Below are positions 59,322-64,000 of a stretch of DNA of 64,000 bases, one piece after another. The notes beneath the pieces are model-generated. The model was given only the letters and a program-made list of their open reading frames with translations. It made no database searches and was not told the origin of the DNA. The position numbers and the translations under genes were made by a program. How positions within the stretch are numbered: position 1 is the stretch's first letter; every line of letters begins with the position of its first letter. Source of the stretch: an uncultured Verrucomicrobiae bacterium (lineage in GTDB: Bacteria > Verrucomicrobiota > Verrucomicrobiia > Chthoniobacterales > UBA10450); NCBI GenBank assembly GCA_963801815.1, contig CAWDGJ010000002.1:192001-256000 (forward strand), given 5' to 3'.

Positions 59322-59394
59322 AAATGAGAGCCAAACCTAAAGCGAGGTTTGCCGATTTCGCAACCCTGGCCCTAGCTAAGTCGGACGGATGTTC

Positions 59395-59519
59395 AAATCC
59401 GAATTTCGAAGTCCGAAACAATACTCAAAAAGTCTCGAATCGGCCAAAGAGACCTTCTCGCCCCTTTGAGATTCGGCATTCGGATTTGTTTCGATATTCG
59501 ATATTCGTGCTTCGGATTT
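59395..59519. repeat. Heptamer-periodic inverted-repeat element, copy B
   Basis: First 28 nt match copy A at 27 of 28 positions; 3' arm TTGTTTCGATATTCGATATTCGTGCTTCGGATTT. Confidence 0.75.
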
Positions 59520-60439
59520 TACAGGGTGATCTCGGCGCCCTCGCGCGCGCCTTCGACTTCCAGATGACTTTCGCTTTTAGCGGCCAGCTTTCGCGCCGTT
59601 TGCACCATCTTGTCGATCATCTGGTCGTCGTGCGTTGGATCGTGATGAAAAAGAATGAGCTTACGAACGCCGGCATCCAGGGCCAGTGACACCCCTGTAG
59701 CGACCGACCCGTGCCCCCAGCCCACATGGGCTTGATACTCCTCGTCTGTGTACTGCGTATCCAGAATCAAAATGTCGGAGCCCTGAAGAAATGTCACCAG
59801 CTCGGCGCGGTCTTCCTGTGCGCGCTTCTTTGCTTGCTCCGGGCTTAACAAATGGGATTTAGCCGAGTGCAATTTAAAAGCTTCGTAAGGCTCGGTGTCC
59901 GGAAGATAAGCGATCGAGCCTTTGCTCGTGAAAATGCGATAACCGACACAGACGCCGGGATGGTTCATGAGTTTTGCACGAACTCGTACTTTGCCGATTT
60001 CGAAATCCATCGCTTCGAGGTTTTCGAATTGGATTTTTCCGGGCAGATCGTAGAGCGCGACCGGAAAAAACGGGGCGGCCATCTGGCCTTTCAGAATTTC
60101 ACGAAGACCGCTGCCCGCTCCATTGTAACCGAAAATCCGGATTTGGTTTTTGTCGTTGTAGGACGGAACGAAAAACGGAAATCCCTGAATGTGATCCCAA
60201 TGAACGTGTGTGATCAACAAACTCAGGTTGATCGGTCGCGAACCGAACTCGCTTTCGAGGGCGACGCCCAGTTCCCGAATGCCGGATCCCGCGTCAAGGA
60301 TGATTATCTCGCCGTCAGCACGAACCTCGACGCAGGCAGTGTTGCCACCATAGCGCACCGTCCCCGGGCCGGGAACGGGAATTGAACCACGAACACCCCA
60401 GAGCTTCAGGCGCGTAGACGATCCCGATACGGCCGACAT
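59519..60439 (-). CDS. MBL-fold metallo-hydrolase
   Basis: WGVRGSIP, YGGNTAC, DAGSG, THVHWDHIQG, GWGH, FHHDP. Confidence 0.92.
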   Translation of the reverse strand: MSAVSGSSTRLKLWGVRGSIPVPGPGTVRYGGNTACVEVRADGEIIILDAGSGIRELGVALESEFGSRPINLSLLITHVHWDHIQGFPFFVPSYNDKNQIRIFGYNGAGSGLREILKGQMAAPFFPVALYDLPGKIQFENLEAMDFEIGKVRVRAKLMNHPGVCVGYRIFTSKGSIAYLPDTEPYEAFKLHSAKSHLLSPEQAKKRAQEDRAELVTFLQGSDILILDTQYTDEEYQAHVGWGHGSVATGVSLALDAGVRKLILFHHDPTHDDQMIDKMVQTARKLAAKSESHLEVEGAREGAEITL

Positions 60440-60545
60440 AATTGATTTGGCAGCGAGTTTGTCACGCAACCGACATGAAACCAAGAGTTTTCGCGAATTC
60501 TAAAGCGATCATTAGTCGATCGCCCCGAAAGGCGGTCTAGAGTCC

Positions 60546-60578
60546 AAAAAAAGCCGCCCCGAATTACTTCGGGGCGGC
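60546..60578 (-). terminator. Intrinsic terminator of the PEP-CTERM gene
   Basis: 11-bp stem GCCGCCCCGAA..TTCGGGGCGGC plus T7 on the minus strand. Confidence 0.85.
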
Positions 60579-60602
60579 CTAAGGGAAACAGAATTGAATT
60601 GA

Positions 60603-61167
60603 TTAGGCGCGGGCGCGGCGCAAACGCGGTGCAACGAGCAACGCGGCGGCGCAAACACCAATCAGTGGCACCAAGGAAGTTGATTCCGGAACCGGCACGG
60701 AAACCTGGCCGACGTTTTGGATCTTCGTTCCGGACGGATCGCCGCTTCGCGTAGCCTCAGCCGTGAATTGACCCGCCTGGAGCTGATCCGTGTTGGTCAC
60801 AGCCGAAAAGATTCCCAGGAATGCGGCTCCGGAGATCGGAGTTGTGCCAGTATAGGTCCAGGTGAGATTCCAAAGGCTTGGATTATCCGTGGGGTTTACC
60901 AAAGTCGGTGTCGGGCCGACTAACGCGGTCGAAAATGTCCAACCGGAGGGTTGCGTCGTAGTGGTAGGCATAATCGAACTAAAATCGTAAATCGTGAAAA
61001 AGTCGTTGTGAGTCACCGTTTCATCCACCGTGACGTTGGCCGAGTAATTCCATGTGAAATTCGGCGCTGAGCCCGTCACCGACGACAGATGTCGGAATGA
61101 TGTCGCCGTACGCGACAAAGATGCTCGTTCCAAATGCGACCAACCCTAGTATCAATGCCTTTCTCAT
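60603..61167 (-). CDS. PEP-CTERM sorting-domain protein (+1 frameshift near 61089)
   Basis: Signal peptide MRKALILGLVAFG in one frame; Thr-rich body and VPE-TM-RLRRARA tail in the next frame. Confidence 0.8.
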
Positions 61168-61320
61168 AAATAATCTTCGTGAGGTTCGACGGGGATTCTG
61201 GAACAAATGGGGTCTCTGCGTCAATGATAATCTAGGCCGGGGTTTGGGGCCGTCCCCGGGGCAAAACCGCCGAAATTAGCGGTGGCGCACCCCTACTGGC
61301 CTTTGAATATTAGCCCCCCA

Positions 61321-63045
61321 ATGACGCAGCATCCCAGTTCGGGCCGGCCCCACCACCAGGAGGAAAAGAAGAAGCGACGGAACCGCTGGATATTCATTAC
61401 CTGCGTCCTGGTAGCGTTGGTGGTCGCGGGAGCTGTTACCTACCGCTTTGCCAGAGTGCGACGGGCCGACCGATTTGCCGCTGCCGGCGACTCGCTGCGC
61501 AAAGACAACAAACTGAACGATGCGGCCATCCAATACCGGGTCGCGTTGCAGCTCGATCCCCACAACTATTATGCCCTGAGCGGTGCAGCCCGGCTTGCCT
61601 CCCAAGCCGACCGGCCGGAAGCGATCGAGCTTTGGCAAAAGGTCGTCGAGCTTCCGCAGTGCACCGTCGAAGACCGTGAAGAGTACGCCGAACTCCTCAT
61701 CAGGAGCAATCGACTGACTCTCGCGCAGAATATCATCGACCCTTTGCTTAAAAATAATCCCGACACACGGACGCTGGAGTTGGCGTCGCGCTACTCAACA
61801 AAAACCGGCGAGCGAGCCAAGGCGGTGGAGTTCATGCGGATCGCTGCCGAGCGATCTCCGGAGGATGATGGGACGCAACTTCAACTTGCGGAACTTTTGG
61901 CGCAATCAACTGACTCAACGGAACAAGCGGAGGCGCGCAAAATCCTTTGGCAACTTGCGGGTAAATCAAACTCAAACGCCTACAAACAAGTCGCGATCGA
62001 GGCACTGGCCGGCGCGCCGCAATTAACGGCTGACGAACAAGCGCGGCTCATCCAGGAACTCGCCAGTTTGACTCCAAAAAACGTTAAAGACGATTTGCTG
62101 GCTGCCGACCTGCGGTTGCAGCTCCATCCCGACGACGCATCACACTTATATCGAGAAGTAATCGAGCGCTGGCGAGACGCTCCGACCGAGGACCTTATTC
62201 AACTTGCCCGCTGGTTAAACGTTCATCAACAGCCCGAGCTCGTTCTTTCCTCTTTCCCGATCGAGCGTGCGTTCGAGAACAATCAGCTTCTCCTGGCACG
62301 GCTCGATGCCATGGCCATTTTGCAGCGTTGGAACGACATCGATCAGGTCCTAAGCCGGGATCAAGTGACCCTCGATCCTTCCGTGATCGAAAGTTTTCAC
62401 GCTCGCACCGCGCAAGAGCGGAACGCCACTCTCGATGCCGACATGCATTGGAATCACGCGATTTCTCTGGCGGGAACCGACCCATTTAAACTCCGCTTTG
62501 TCGCCAACTTTGCCGAGCAAAGCCATGCCAATGGCGTGGCTCTCAAGGGATACGAACAACTCGCGCATTTCCCCGATCAGGCTGAGTTGGCGTATCGCGG
62601 AATTCAGCGGATTGGTCAAAAGACCGGCGATCTCCCAACGCAGCGTTCGGCAATGGCAAAAATCTCGGCTCGAACACCGGAAGATCCGAACGCCGCCGAT
62701 CAACTCGCTTACCTGAATTTGCTCCTCGGAGAAGAGATTGATAAGAATCTCGCCATCGCCAAAAACCTGGCCGAGCAGTATCCCAATCGCCTGGCGTATC
62801 GTGTTACGAGTGCGCTTGGTTACCTTCGGCAGCGAAATGCTGCTGCTGCTCTCGCCCAATTTAACGCGCCAGCTCCAATCGACTGGAACCAGGCGTCGCC
62901 AAGCTGGCGTGCTGTTTATGCGGCAGCTCTCCTCGGCAGCGATCGAAACGATGAAGCACAAAAAATTATTGCGACCATACCGCGTGATCGCCTGAATGCT
63001 GAAGAACGCGCGTTGATTGGAGAGAACGCCGAAACGAAGCGTTAG
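61321..63045 (+). CDS. Membrane-anchored TPR-repeat protein
   Basis: Basic stretch plus TM helix, then helical repeats (YRVALQLDPHN, AAERSPED, ARTPEDPNA). Confidence 0.8.
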   Translation: MTQHPSSGRPHHQEEKKKRRNRWIFITCVLVALVVAGAVTYRFARVRRADRFAAAGDSLRKDNKLNDAAIQYRVALQLDPHNYYALSGAARLASQADRPEAIELWQKVVELPQCTVEDREEYAELLIRSNRLTLAQNIIDPLLKNNPDTRTLELASRYSTKTGERAKAVEFMRIAAERSPEDDGTQLQLAELLAQSTDSTEQAEARKILWQLAGKSNSNAYKQVAIEALAGAPQLTADEQARLIQELASLTPKNVKDDLLAADLRLQLHPDDASHLYREVIERWRDAPTEDLIQLARWLNVHQQPELVLSSFPIERAFENNQLLLARLDAMAILQRWNDIDQVLSRDQVTLDPSVIESFHARTAQERNATLDADMHWNHAISLAGTDPFKLRFVANFAEQSHANGVALKGYEQLAHFPDQAELAYRGIQRIGQKTGDLPTQRSAMAKISARTPEDPNAADQLAYLNLLLGEEIDKNLAIAKNLAEQYPNRLAYRVTSALGYLRQRNAAAALAQFNAPAPIDWNQASPSWRAVYAAALLGSDRNDEAQKIIATIPRDRLNAEERALIGENAETKR

Positions 63046-63050
63046 CGTGC

Positions 63051-63443
63051 TTACAGCAGACTCACTCCGAATGGTGCAGGTCCGTGTTTCCAGCGTAACT
63101 CGGGATTCAAATTAATCTCCTCTGGCGGAACATCGAATCCGACCGAGCGCAACAAATACGAAACACCTTCGCGACTTTCCATCGTTTCTTTTAAACTCCG
63201 CGCAAACAGTTCCACGTATTCTTTGTAGGAATCGAGCGACAGCTTGCCCTGTGCGAAATGGTCGGCCAGCGCTTCGTCATGATAATCGATCAAGTCGACC
63301 AGCGCGCGGCGGAGATCGAGTCGCACCTTTGGGTCAATTACGACCTTAAACGGCGTCGCAGACGGGTCAGCTTTGGCCAGGGCCCGCGTTTTGGGGCCGG
63401 TTTGCTCGACTCGCGCGATCTGAAAATCGTGACTCTTTTCCAT
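63051..63443 (-). CDS. Hypothetical protein (130 aa)
   Basis: ATG ORF filling the gap; no motif recognised. Confidence 0.65.
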   Translation of the reverse strand: MEKSHDFQIARVEQTGPKTRALAKADPSATPFKVVIDPKVRLDLRRALVDLIDYHDEALADHFAQGKLSLDSYKEYVELFARSLKETMESREGVSYLLRSVGFDVPPEEINLNPELRWKHGPAPFGVSLL

Positions 63444-63575
63444 GCCGATGCTTACACAAAGTCCGACTTGGACATGGCGACTTGTAACAGATCGACGAGA
63501 ATTTGCGCGCTAAATTTTTTGTAGCCTGCGGGTCCGTGTCACGTCGCCGTACGGTGCACAGCACCGGGCTACACT

Positions 63576-64000
63576 TCAAAAGAAAATCGGGATGATCAGA
63601 ATCGCGACGATGTTGACGACCTTGATCATCGGGTTGATCGCCGGACCAGCGGTGTCCTTGTACGGATCGCCCACGGTATCGCCCGTGACTGCGGCCTGAT
63701 GAGCAAACGATCCTTTGCCGCCGAGATTGCCTTCTTCGATGAATTTTTTCGCGTTGTCCCAGGCCCCGCCGCTCGACGTCATAGCGATGGCAACGAACAG
63801 TCCAGTCACGATCGTTCCGACCAGCAGACCGCCGAGAACAACCGGTCCCAGCGGCTTGATGACTGCGACGGCCACGACGAACACCACCGGCAACAGCGCC
63901 GGAACAATCATTTCGCGAAGCGCCGCCTTCGTCACGATATCGACGCAAGTGCCGTACTCCGGCGTGTCTTGCCCGGTCAGGATTCCCGGCTTCGCTTTCA
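63576..64000 (-). CDS. hppA: Membrane-bound H+/Na+-translocating pyrophosphatase, C-terminal part (runs off the window)
   Basis: [30 protein letters not shown]. Confidence 0.95.
   Translation of the reverse strand, partial: KAKPGILTGQDTPEYGTCVDIVTKAALREMIVPALLPVVFVVAVAVIKPLGPVVLGGLLVGTIVTGLFVAIAMTSSGGAWDNAKKFIEEGNLGGKGSFAHQAAVTGDTVGDPYKDTAGPAINPMIKVVNIVAILIIPIFF

Overview
Chromosomal window of a GC-rich bacterium. Verrucomicrobiota (probably Chthoniobacterales-like) is inferred from the long RpoB insertion, the PEP-CTERM protein, the arc-dop pair and the OMP N-terminal motif; this was not tested by a search. Core genes: glgP, rplA-rplJ-rplL-rpoB-rpoC, rpsB-tsf, purS/purQ, tyrS, tadA, hppA (partial), tRNA-Asp(GTC) and tRNA-Gln(CTG). 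Accessory content includes an ARC ATPase-Dop pair split by a REP-flanked RAYT transposase, three paralogous outer-membrane beta-barrels around an HTTM/gamma-carboxylase-like gene, secreted hydrolases, and NHEJ genes (ligD, ku). Top finding: the ORF track splits a MerB-like gene in two (24091-24543 and 24550-24780). The halves are in frame, the separating TGA falls where the second catalytic Cys is expected, and a SECIS-like hairpin with a GGUC loop follows. This points to a selenocysteine-containing organomercurial-lyase-like enzyme ending a VOC-LysE-MerB operon. Second: a DUF2946/CruR-like CxxC+RAPP leader peptide upstream of a Cys-rich OM barrel. Many genes, including the essential rpoB and rpsB, carry +1 insertions, which I read as sequencing or assembly errors rather than pseudogenes. 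No CRISPR array, rRNA, integrase or prophage was seen.
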